Source: Candidatus Saccharimonadota bacterium (GTDB taxonomy: Archaea > Nanohalarchaeota > Nanosalinia > Nanosalinales > Nanosalinaceae). From it: 32,000 nucleotides of DNA. The stretch spans positions 180,001-212,000 of the forward strand of contig CP012986.1 in the NCBI GenBank assembly GCA_001761425.1, in the 5' to 3' direction. This document shows, in pieces, positions 25,093 to 32,000 of this stretch. The notes beneath the pieces are model-generated. The model did no database searches. It saw only the letters and a program-made list of their open reading frames with translations, and was not told the origin of the DNA. A program made the translations under genes and the position numbers. How positions within the stretch are numbered: the first letter of the stretch is position 1; every line of letters begins with the position of its first letter.

Positions 25093-26253
25093 ATGGTAGA
25101 AAGAGATGAAGCACTGGATCTTCACAGCAAAAACCCTGGAAAAATCTCTGTAAAACCCTCAGTAGAGATAGGAACAAGGCAGGACCTCAACCTGGTATAC
25201 ACACCGGGAGTCGCAGAACCCTGCAGAGAGATCGATAAAGACAGGAAAAAGGCCTATGAATACACTTCCAAGGGAAACCTTGTAGCAGTAGTATCAGACG
25301 GCTCCGCAGTTCTAGGCCTCGGAGATATCGGGCCAGAGGCCTCAATGCCTGTGATGGAGGGGAAAGCCAACCTGATGAAAAAGTTCGGCGAAGTAAATGG
25401 TTTTCCAGTCTGTATAAACGCAGATTCTGCTGAAGATATAATCGAACACGTCGAGAGAGAAGCTCCGACCTACGGCGCGGTCAATCTGGAAGATATCAAG
25501 GCTCCGCGCTGTTTCAAAGCTGAAGAGGCCTTGAAGAAAAAGCTGGATATACCTGTCTTCCATGATGACCAGCACGGCACAGCTATCGTCGTCCTCGCAG
25601 CACTCAAAAACGCTTTAGAAATCGCCGGGAAAGATCTCTCTAGTGTCAGGATCGCTATCTCCGGTGCAGGAGCATCAGGGATAGCAGTAGCTAACTTCCT
25701 CCAGGAAGCAGGAGCCGAAGAAATAGTGCCGGTTGACTCCTCCGGGATACTCAGAACAGACGATGAAAACAGCTACAAGGCAGATCTCGCCGGGAGAACA
25801 CAGGCCTCAAAAGAACAGGGAGATCTCTCCGACGCTATGGAAGACGCTGACGTTTTCATAGGCCTTTCAGCACCTGGAATTGTCTCAGAGGACATGGTCG
25901 AAGCCATGGCTGAGGATCCTACTGTTTTTGCATTAGCCAATCCTGATCCTGAGATTCTTCCAGAGGATGCGAGAGAGGCTGGGGCTTTCATTACTGCTAC
26001 AGGTAGGAGCGACTTCAATAATCAGGTTAACAACTCGCTCGCCTTTCCAGGAGTTTTCCGCGGGGCTCTGGATGTGAAGGCCTCAACTATTAACGAGGAG
26101 ATGAAGGAAGCTGCTTCTGAAGCTATAAGAAGCTTTATCGACCCTGAGAAGGAGAAGATAGTGCCTGAGACCCTGGACAAGGAGCTGGCGATGGAGATAG
26201 CTGATGAAGTTGCTGAAGCCGCCAGGGAGACGGGTGTTGCGAGAGAAAGGTAA
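25093..26253 (+). CDS. NAD(P)-dependent malic enzyme (short form)
   Basis: 386 aa with 'VYTPGVAEPC', 'VSDGSAVLGLGDIGPEASMPVMEGKA', 'FHDDQHGTAIV' and 'GAGASGIA'. Confidence 0.9.
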   Translation: MVERDEALDLHSKNPGKISVKPSVEIGTRQDLNLVYTPGVAEPCREIDKDRKKAYEYTSKGNLVAVVSDGSAVLGLGDIGPEASMPVMEGKANLMKKFGEVNGFPVCINADSAEDIIEHVEREAPTYGAVNLEDIKAPRCFKAEEALKKKLDIPVFHDDQHGTAIVVLAALKNALEIAGKDLSSVRIAISGAGASGIAVANFLQEAGAEEIVPVDSSGILRTDDENSYKADLAGRTQASKEQGDLSDAMEDADVFIGLSAPGIVSEDMVEAMAEDPTVFALANPDPEILPEDAREAGAFITATGRSDFNNQVNNSLAFPGVFRGALDVKASTINEEMKEAASEAIRSFIDPEKEKIVPETLDKELAMEIADEVAEAARETGVARER

Positions 26254-26303
26254 GGCCTTTCAAGGGGAACTGTTTTTCACTTTTCCTTTCTCTTAGTTTT
26301 TCT

Positions 26304-27194
26304 ATGGAAGAAGAAGTTAAACAGAAATACGTCAGATCTGGCAAAGTCATCCAGAAGGCCAGGAAAAAGGCCCGGGAAATCGCTGAACCGGGTACAGAAT
26401 ACAGAGAGATCGCTGATACCGTAGAGGATCTTATCAGAAATGAAGGCCTTGAACCGGCTTTTCCTGTCAACCTTTCCGCTGACGAGGAGGCAGCACATTA
26501 CTCGCCGGGGACCGGTACTGAACGTGTAATAGGAGAGGATGAAGTGCTGAAGATCGATATTGGTGCTCACTGCGATGGCTATATTGCGGACACTGCTCTC
26601 ACAGTAAATCCTTCAGGAAAGCATCAGAAGATGATCGAGACCAATCGTGAAATCTTGGAGAAGGCCCTGGAGTTTGTCAAGCCCGGTAAAACTGTTGGAG
26701 AGTTCGGTACATTCGTGCAGAACCAGATTCCGGACGAGTACAACGTTGTCAGGAATCTTACAGGACATTACTTGGGTCATTATACCCAGCACGCAGGTGT
26801 TTCTATTCCGAACAACAGGAACGCGTCTAACCATGTTTTCGAGAAAGGAGATGCTATTGCCATCGAGCCTTTCCTGACCAAGGGAAGTGGAAAAATCAAG
26901 GAGGGAAAAGAAGGGAATATCTATCTTGGACAGGGCGGAAACGTCCGTGGAAGAGCTGAGAGAAAGCTTCTGAAGCAGGTTAAAGGTTTTGAAGGCCTTC
27001 CGTTCTCACCGCGTTGGTTTGACAGTTTTTCAGGCCGGGATAAGATGGCTTTGAAAAAACTGGTTCAGTCCGGAGCTGTGAAGTCATATCCGATTCTGAG
27101 AGAGGTCGATAAAGGTATCGTTACTCAGGCAGAGCATACAGTTCTTGTCGGCGTAGATGATGGCGAGAATATAGTTACTACGCGTTCGGATTAG
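26304..27194 (+). CDS. map: methionine aminopeptidase, type 2 (archaeal)
   Basis: 296 aa with 'AFPVNLSADEEAAHYSP', 'KIDIGAHCDGYIADTA', 'GHYLGHYTQHAG', 'AIEPF' and 'AEHTVLV'. The helical insertion typical of type 2 is present. Confidence 0.92.
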   Translation: MEEEVKQKYVRSGKVIQKARKKAREIAEPGTEYREIADTVEDLIRNEGLEPAFPVNLSADEEAAHYSPGTGTERVIGEDEVLKIDIGAHCDGYIADTALTVNPSGKHQKMIETNREILEKALEFVKPGKTVGEFGTFVQNQIPDEYNVVRNLTGHYLGHYTQHAGVSIPNNRNASNHVFEKGDAIAIEPFLTKGSGKIKEGKEGNIYLGQGGNVRGRAERKLLKQVKGFEGLPFSPRWFDSFSGRDKMALKKLVQSGAVKSYPILREVDKGIVTQAEHTVLVGVDDGENIVTTRSD

Positions 27195-27690
27195 CGCAGA
27201 CGTTCGGGTCTCCTGATCTGTGTAGAAGGCCTGCCATTATTGCTATGCCTCCGAGTTTGATCAGGTTTCCGTCGAAAGGCAGAGCTGCGAGGGCTCCTGT
27301 GAATCCGAAGGCTGCTAATAGGCCTAGTCCGCAGCTGGCGCATCCTGTTACAAGGAGGCCTGGCAGGAATCCTCCAAGGTTCAGTATTCCAGAGAATTTT
27401 TTTGTTTTCAGGCTGAGGTATGTGTTTGTCACTGTTATGCCCGTTATTATGGAGTAAGTTATTGTCAGTCCGAGGCCTATTAGTCCTGTGGTGTCTATTA
27501 TTCCGAGTGTTGCCAGTCTTATGATTTCTGGGAAGTAGGTCCAGCTTCTGGAAAGGAGCTGTGAGGAATAGGTCGGTAGTGAGAAATAGGCCAGGATGGA
27601 ATATGCGAGGAAGGAGCCGAAGAAGGTCAGGAGGATCTGTCTCCCGTTTACTGATGCTTCGACTGCCTTCCTGAATTTTGTTTTGGTCAT
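27178..27690 (-). CDS. hypothetical 4-5 TM membrane protein with membrane-embedded CxxC
   Basis: 170 aa with a basic N-terminus. 'FLPGLLVTGCASCGLGLLAAFGF' puts C-A-S-C between two Gly-rich hydrophobic segments, and a third Cys sits in the C-terminal tail ('NVCANPNA'). The start is 1 nt after the stop of the upstream DsbA-like gene. The 3' end overlaps map by 17 nt (convergent). Confidence 0.6.
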   Translation of the reverse strand: MTKTKFRKAVEASVNGRQILLTFFGSFLAYSILAYFSLPTYSSQLLSRSWTYFPEIIRLATLGIIDTTGLIGLGLTITYSIITGITVTNTYLSLKTKKFSGILNLGGFLPGLLVTGCASCGLGLLAAFGFTGALAALPFDGNLIKLGGIAIMAGLLHRSGDPNVCANPNA

Positions 27691-27691
27691 G

Positions 27692-28669
27692 TCAGCTGTT
27701 GAGTTTGGATTCTATGACGCTTTGAACTGCGCTGAACGGCTGTGCGCCGACTAGAGGTTCGCCTGTTTCATCTCCTTCTCCGTAGATGACGGAGCTAGGT
27801 GTTCCGCTTATGAACTGGCTTGCGCCCTGTGGGGTCTGTACAACTGTATCGAAGTTTCTTCCTTCTGTTTTATCTGCGTTGACTTCATCCATAGGGCTTT
27901 CGTTCTCAAGGCAGGTTCTGACTGCGTCTTCGCTTACTCCTTCATCTGATGCCCAGGAAATTATCCGGTCCCGGACGTTGTCAGTGCTGATCGAATCCTG
28001 GTTCTGGAAGATCAACTCCTTCACATTCCAGAACGCATCGTTATCCTGTCTGTAGACACATTCCATGGTCTCTGCCGAAGGCTCCGCCCAGTCATGTCCC
28101 AGTGACGGGAGTGGGAAATCCTTCCAGATAACTTTGACCTGTCCGCTCTCAACGTATTCTGCATTAACTTTAGCCATAGCACCTGTCTCAAACCTTTGGC
28201 AGTAAGGACACTGGAAATCCTCATAGACTACCATAGTTACAGGAGCATCTTCCTCTCCCAGGACAGGCTCGCCCTCGGTCTCAAGATTCGACAGGTCAAC
28301 AGTCTCAGAAGAACCGGAATTACTTCCATCTCCCGAAGGACCGGAATCTCCACTGTCCCCGTTAATCGCACCCGGGGCATCCAGACTCAGTCCTGAACCT
28401 GCAGCAAGAAGGCCTGTAGAAAGACCTACTGCTACACCGAGAACGAAAACACTGAACAGTGCCAGCTCTACCGGTATCTGCAGACGTCTCTCATCTATAG
28501 GGAAATCTCTGTCTGATCCCTCGCTGGCCTCTTCAACTTCTTCGCTTTCAGTAGTACTTTCCTGTTTTTCATCATCCTCGTGGACCTGACCTACGTGAAT
28601 ATGAAGGCCTCTCTCGGAGTCAAACTCCTCACCGCAGTTATCACAAGTATAATTATCCGACATAAACAT
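27692..28669 (-). CDS. membrane-anchored DsbA-like thiol:disulfide oxidoreductase with N-terminal C2H2 zinc finger
   Basis: 325 aa with 'YTCDNCGEEFDSERGLHIHVGQVH' (C-x2-C-x3-F-x5-L-x2-H-x4-H). This is followed by an acidic linker, the TM 'LALFSVFVLGVAVGLSTGLLAAG' and a Ser/Gly/Asp linker. The thioredoxin fold carries 'FQCPYCQRF'. Confidence 0.8.
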   Translation of the reverse strand: MFMSDNYTCDNCGEEFDSERGLHIHVGQVHEDDEKQESTTESEEVEEASEGSDRDFPIDERRLQIPVELALFSVFVLGVAVGLSTGLLAAGSGLSLDAPGAINGDSGDSGPSGDGSNSGSSETVDLSNLETEGEPVLGEEDAPVTMVVYEDFQCPYCQRFETGAMAKVNAEYVESGQVKVIWKDFPLPSLGHDWAEPSAETMECVYRQDNDAFWNVKELIFQNQDSISTDNVRDRIISWASDEGVSEDAVRTCLENESPMDEVNADKTEGRNFDTVVQTPQGASQFISGTPSSVIYGEGDETGEPLVGAQPFSAVQSVIESKLNS

Positions 28670-28734
28670 AATTGACCGCAGAACTGTTAATAAATAGAAG
28701 GGTTACGAGGGAGTATCCCCCGTCTAAAAGGCCT

Positions 28735-31029
28735 CTAGGCGTAATAATCAGGTGTGTCGTCTTCGTCAGTCTCCATCTCGTTCATCTTCTGAGTCATCGC
28801 CCTGTACTGCTCAAGGTTGTCTGAAGTAGCCGTAGGCCTTACATCGGCGATAGCCTCCTCAAATTCCTCCATGGTTGCCTCCCCTGAATCGATGTCGCTT
28901 CTCAACGCGTTCATCCCTGCCTCTCTACAGGCAGACTCTATATCTGAACCGACGTATCCCTCGGTCATTTCTCCTAACTCATCGAGGTCTACATCGTCAC
29001 CGACAGGCATGTCTCGTGTATGGACCTCGAAAATTTTTCTCCTGCCTTCTTCATCAGGGATCTCGACTTCTACGTTCCTGTCAACTCTTCCAGGCCTCAT
29101 TATCGCTGGATCGATCATGTCAGGCCTGTTGGTTGCAGCGATGACTGTGACTCCTTCAAGACTCTCTATTCCATCCAGCTCTGTCAACAGCTGGTTGACC
29201 ACGCGGTCTCCTACTCCTGAATCGCTGCTTCTTCCTCCTCTTCGTGGTGCAATTGAGTCTATCTCATCGATGAACAGGATGCACGGTGCTACCTGACGAG
29301 CCTTCTTGAAGATCTCTCGCACGGCTTCCTCGGATTCCCCGACGTACTTGGAGAAGACTTCAGGGCCTTTGATGGAGATGAAGTTTGCGTTCGCCTCGTT
29401 TGCCACTGCTTTGGCCAGGAGAGTTTTTCCTGTACCGGGCATGCCGTACATCAGGATTCCTTTAGGCACTTCGATACCCATCTTCTCAAACCTGTCCGGA
29501 TACTTCTGAGGCCATTCTACCATCTCCTTCAAACGGTCTTTTGTATCGTTCAGGCCTCCTATGTCTTCCCAGGAGACTTCTGGGACCTCTACCATAACTT
29601 CTCTCATCTGGCTTGGCTCTACGTTTCTCATGCCATCTATCATTGCAGCTCTGCCAACTACAAGCTGTTCAAGCACCTCAGAAGGTATTTCTTCGTCCAT
29701 ATCGATCTCAGGTATCACCTCTCTCAGCACGGACATCGCAGCTTCTTTACATAAGGCCTCGAGGTCGGCTCCTACATAGCCGTGGGTCTTTTCTGCGATC
29801 TCATCGAGATCTACGTCTTCTTCCAGGGGCATATTCCTTGTATGGATCTGGAGAATCTCTTTTCTACCTCCTCTGTTCGGCACTCCGATCTCTATTTCCC
29901 TGTCGAACCGTCCTCCTCTTCTGAGAGCAGGGTCAATAGCTTCTGAACGGTTTGTAGCAGCGATGACTATAACGTTTTCCCTGCTTTCAAGGCCGTCCAT
30001 CTCGGAGAGGAGGGTTGCGACGACCCGTCTTTCTACTTCTCCGCCTGCGTCACCTCTCTTCGGTGCGATGGCATCGATCTCATCGATGAAGATGATAGCA
30101 GGTTCTCCTTCACGGGCCTCATCGAACTTCTCTCTCAACTGTTTTTCAGACTCTCCATAGTACTTGGACATGATTTCAGGCCCGTCAATGGAGAGGAACT
30201 GTGCATCCGCTTCATTAGCAACAGCCTTCGCCAGCAAAGTTTTACCGGTCCCCGGCGGACCCTGAAGTAAAACTCCAGAAGGTGCGTCAATACCAAGCTG
30301 CTGGAAAACCTCAGGATGCTTCAGAGGAAGCTCGATCATCTCACGAACCTTCTGAACTTCCTCATCAAGGCCTCCAATATCCTCATAGGTAACTTCCGGA
30401 ACCTGTACAGAGTCCTCTCCAGGCTCGGAAACAGCCTGTTCCCGGACCTTGATCTCAGTCTCCTGAGTGATCTTCACAGGGCCTGACGGATCTGTAGAAA
30501 CAACAGCTAGCTTTGTCTCACCGAAGCTGAACCTGAAATTATCTCCCATACCGTCAAACATGTCATCAAACAGAGAACGAGCGTTATCCTTCCCGCTCTC
30601 AGGGACAACAATATCTCCCTCAAGTACAGGCCTTCCTACAAGGCCTCTCTTGAAGATATTAGGGTCTTTTACCTGCATCATGACTCCTTCTTCTGCCGGG
30701 GCAAGTGTGATCTGTTCAGCAGCCTTGAGGTCAACTTTCTCAACTTCTACATGCTCTCCCAGGGATGTGCCTGCGTTTTTACGCATGTAGCCGTCCATCC
30801 TTGCGATTCCAAGGCCTTTATCCGCAGGATAGCTCCTGGCTACACGGCCTACTGTTTCTCTACTGCCTTCTAGGCTTACTGCATCTCCCTCTCTTACCTG
30901 GAGTTTTTCCATGATTTTGCTGTCAATTCTAACTATGCCTTTGCCAACATCCTGCTGAGCGTTTGGAGGAACTTCTCCAACCCTCAACCGTTTGGAACTG
31001 TCTTCTTCATCTGTCATCTTGTTCTTCAC
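28735..31029 (-). CDS. cdc48: Cdc48/VCP-like AAA+ ATPase (two AAA domains)
   Basis: 764 aa with an N-domain. D1 has 'GPPGTGKT' and 'IIFIDEIDA'. D2 has 'GMPGTGKT' and 'ILFIDEIDS'. Second-region-of-homology arginines are present. The alternative start 'MTDEED' is at 31017. Confidence 0.95.
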   Translation of the reverse strand: MKNKMTDEEDSSKRLRVGEVPPNAQQDVGKGIVRIDSKIMEKLQVREGDAVSLEGSRETVGRVARSYPADKGLGIARMDGYMRKNAGTSLGEHVEVEKVDLKAAEQITLAPAEEGVMMQVKDPNIFKRGLVGRPVLEGDIVVPESGKDNARSLFDDMFDGMGDNFRFSFGETKLAVVSTDPSGPVKITQETEIKVREQAVSEPGEDSVQVPEVTYEDIGGLDEEVQKVREMIELPLKHPEVFQQLGIDAPSGVLLQGPPGTGKTLLAKAVANEADAQFLSIDGPEIMSKYYGESEKQLREKFDEAREGEPAIIFIDEIDAIAPKRGDAGGEVERRVVATLLSEMDGLESRENVIVIAATNRSEAIDPALRRGGRFDREIEIGVPNRGGRKEILQIHTRNMPLEEDVDLDEIAEKTHGYVGADLEALCKEAAMSVLREVIPEIDMDEEIPSEVLEQLVVGRAAMIDGMRNVEPSQMREVMVEVPEVSWEDIGGLNDTKDRLKEMVEWPQKYPDRFEKMGIEVPKGILMYGMPGTGKTLLAKAVANEANANFISIKGPEVFSKYVGESEEAVREIFKKARQVAPCILFIDEIDSIAPRRGGRSSDSGVGDRVVNQLLTELDGIESLEGVTVIAATNRPDMIDPAIMRPGRVDRNVEVEIPDEEGRRKIFEVHTRDMPVGDDVDLDELGEMTEGYVGSDIESACREAGMNALRSDIDSGEATMEEFEEAIADVRPTATSDNLEQYRAMTQKMNEMETDEDDTPDYYA

Positions 31030-31354
31030 CTGGATAAATTTCGTCTAGTATGTCTTTTTCATCGATAACGACCTTGAATCGGTGGAAAGAAACTTTCTCT
31101 CCCCACTCGTTGAAATAAGATACAACTTCGTCGGCAGCCTCTTTTGCAACGATGAAGACACTGTCATCAATCCTGAGGTGAGGTATCTCATCCATCAATC
31201 CATCTTTCTCGTATTCGTAGTGCTTCCCGTTACGTTTGACGGTCTGCGTGTAGCCGAAAAGGCCTCTGTAGAACTTGTTCCGCTCGTAGACGGATTCGAA
31301 GTTCTCCTTCTTCGTTCTGTAGGTCAGAAGGGCCGCAGCCGATTCCCTGGTCAT
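31007..31354 (-). CDS. hypothetical protein, overlapping the cdc48 start
   Basis: 115-aa ORF with normal (acidic) composition. Its 3' end overlaps cdc48 by 11-23 nt, depending on the cdc48 start, which suggests co-transcription. I recognise no family. Confidence 0.55.
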   Translation of the reverse strand: MTRESAAALLTYRTKKENFESVYERNKFYRGLFGYTQTVKRNGKHYEYEKDGLMDEIPHLRIDDSVFIVAKEAADEVVSYFNEWGEKVSFHRFKVVIDEKDILDEIYPGEEQDDR

Positions 31355-31515
31355 ATGGTCACAGGTTATCTCTGAAACTTTATAACTTTTTTATTCATGT
31401 CAGTAAAAAATTCAAATGCTCGAAAACGTGTTGACAGTTCCTGGAGGCGCTGATAAAATCGCTTCTGGTAAACGCTGCCAAGTAGGATATAAGGTTTTCA
31501 CGATAAAATTTCCAT

Positions 31516-32000
31516 GTGGAGGTAGAAAGGCTTTCGACTTCTTGTGAGTCGATCGATGAGCTTCTCAGAGGAGGAGTAGAGAAAGGTATAATCACAAACG
31601 TCTACGGAGAATCCGGTTCAGGTAAGACCAATTTCGCTATCCAGCTCGCCGCGCAGGTAACGAGCGAAGGCCACAAAGTAGCATATGTGGATACAGAGGC
31701 AGGTTTCTCCCCTGAAAGATTTCTGCAGATTGCTGACGAAAAAGCACTGGATAACCTGATGATAAAGGAACCGTACGACTTTGAGGAACAGACAGAAGTC
31801 ATCTCATCGCTTGAAAATTTTGTCGAAGAGGAAAACATCGAACTTGTGATAGTGGACTCCGCAGTCTCACTATACAGGTTGAAGGTCAACGGCGACAACG
31901 CATCCGAGATCAACAACGAACTCTCACAGCAGTTCTCAGATCTCTCAAACATCGCCCGCAAACACAGCATCCCGGTCATCGTCACCAACCAGGTATACAC
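31516..32000 (+). CDS. radB: DNA repair and recombination protein RadB, 3'-truncated by the window edge (absent from the ORF track)
   Basis: My translation from the GTG at 31516 is 'VEVERLSTSCESIDELLRGGVEKGIITNVYGESGSGKTNFAIQLAAQVTSEGHKVAYVDTEAGFSPERFLQIA...LVIVDSAVSLYR...IPVIVTNQVY'. GTG is the first start after the in-frame TAA at 31504-31506. Walker A is 'GESGSGKT', Walker B is 'LVIVDS', and the layout is RadB-like. The listed minus-strand ORF 31602..32000 is its antisense shadow. Confidence 0.85.
   Translation, partial: MEVERLSTSCESIDELLRGGVEKGIITNVYGESGSGKTNFAIQLAAQVTSEGHKVAYVDTEAGFSPERFLQIADEKALDNLMIKEPYDFEEQTEVISSLENFVEEENIELVIVDSAVSLYRLKVNGDNASEINNELSQQFSDLSNIARKHSIPVIVTNQVY

Larger units (their letters stand above)
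95..31265. repeat. dispersed, highly over-represented palindromic hexamer AGGCCT (about 130 copies by hand count)
   Basis: I scanned every line by hand. The first copy is at 95-100 and the last at 31260-31265, about one per 245 bp. Copies occur in CDSs of both strands, in all three frames, and in intergenic DNA. Flanks are biased (5' A most often, 3' C or T), for example AAGGCCTT, AAGGCCTC and GAGGCCTC. Confidence 0.85.

Noticed and set aside
31602-32000. A 132-aa minus-strand ORF at the window end.
   Set aside because: It is Ser/Leu/Cys-rich with low complexity, and it lies exactly antisense to a clean RadB reading frame (Walker A GESGSGKT). It is a shadow ORF.
1-32000. CRISPR arrays, tRNA or rRNA genes, IS elements, integrases or prophage boundaries.
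   Set aside because: - I found no regularly spaced direct repeats other than the 6-mer.
- No T-loop (GGTTCRAATCC-like) or cloverleaf candidates occur in the intergenic regions.
- No transposase- or integrase-like translation appears in any listed ORF.

Overview
This is a dense archaeal chromosomal window. Markers are a family-B DNA polymerase, an archaeal histone, Cdc48/VCP, RadB, a type-2 methionine aminopeptidase and an Ogg2-like glycosylase. The predicted proteins are strongly acidic and G+C is moderate to low (about 45% by eye). That suggests a salt-in halophile, possibly a nanohaloarchaeon-like lineage; this is inference only. I support about 35 protein genes. The main blocks are:
- Replication and chromatin, 1.8-6.2 kb: DEDD exonuclease, histone, a frameshifted metallophosphoesterase and PolB.
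- An envelope redox and copper block, 7.6-12.9 kb: Ogg2-like, two membrane proteins with N-terminal C2H2 zinc fingers (one DsbA-like), a small membrane protein plus a double-wHTH regulator, a two-domain multicopper oxidase and a cupredoxin.
- A complete 2-oxoacid dehydrogenase operon (E1a-E1b-E2-E3, minus strand), divergent from an ADP-forming acetyl-CoA synthetase.
- Secreted and membrane proteins of unknown function, 19.9-25.1 kb.
- Malic enzyme and MetAP.
- A second zinc-finger-DsbA gene with a CxxC membrane partner.
- Cdc48 and the 5' part of radB.

I saw no rRNA, tRNA, CRISPR array, transposase or integrase. The features that gene annotation does not explain are:
- The palindromic hexamer AGGCCT occurs about 130 times (hand count) against roughly 6 expected. 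It is found in all reading frames and in intergenic DNA, and paired copies form terminator-like hairpins.
- Three paralogous membrane proteins have a classical C2H2 zinc finger on the predicted cytoplasmic side and a redox or His-rich domain outside.
- A roughly 460-nt ORF-free, hairpin-rich region (about 1340-1800) looks like an unclassified structured RNA.
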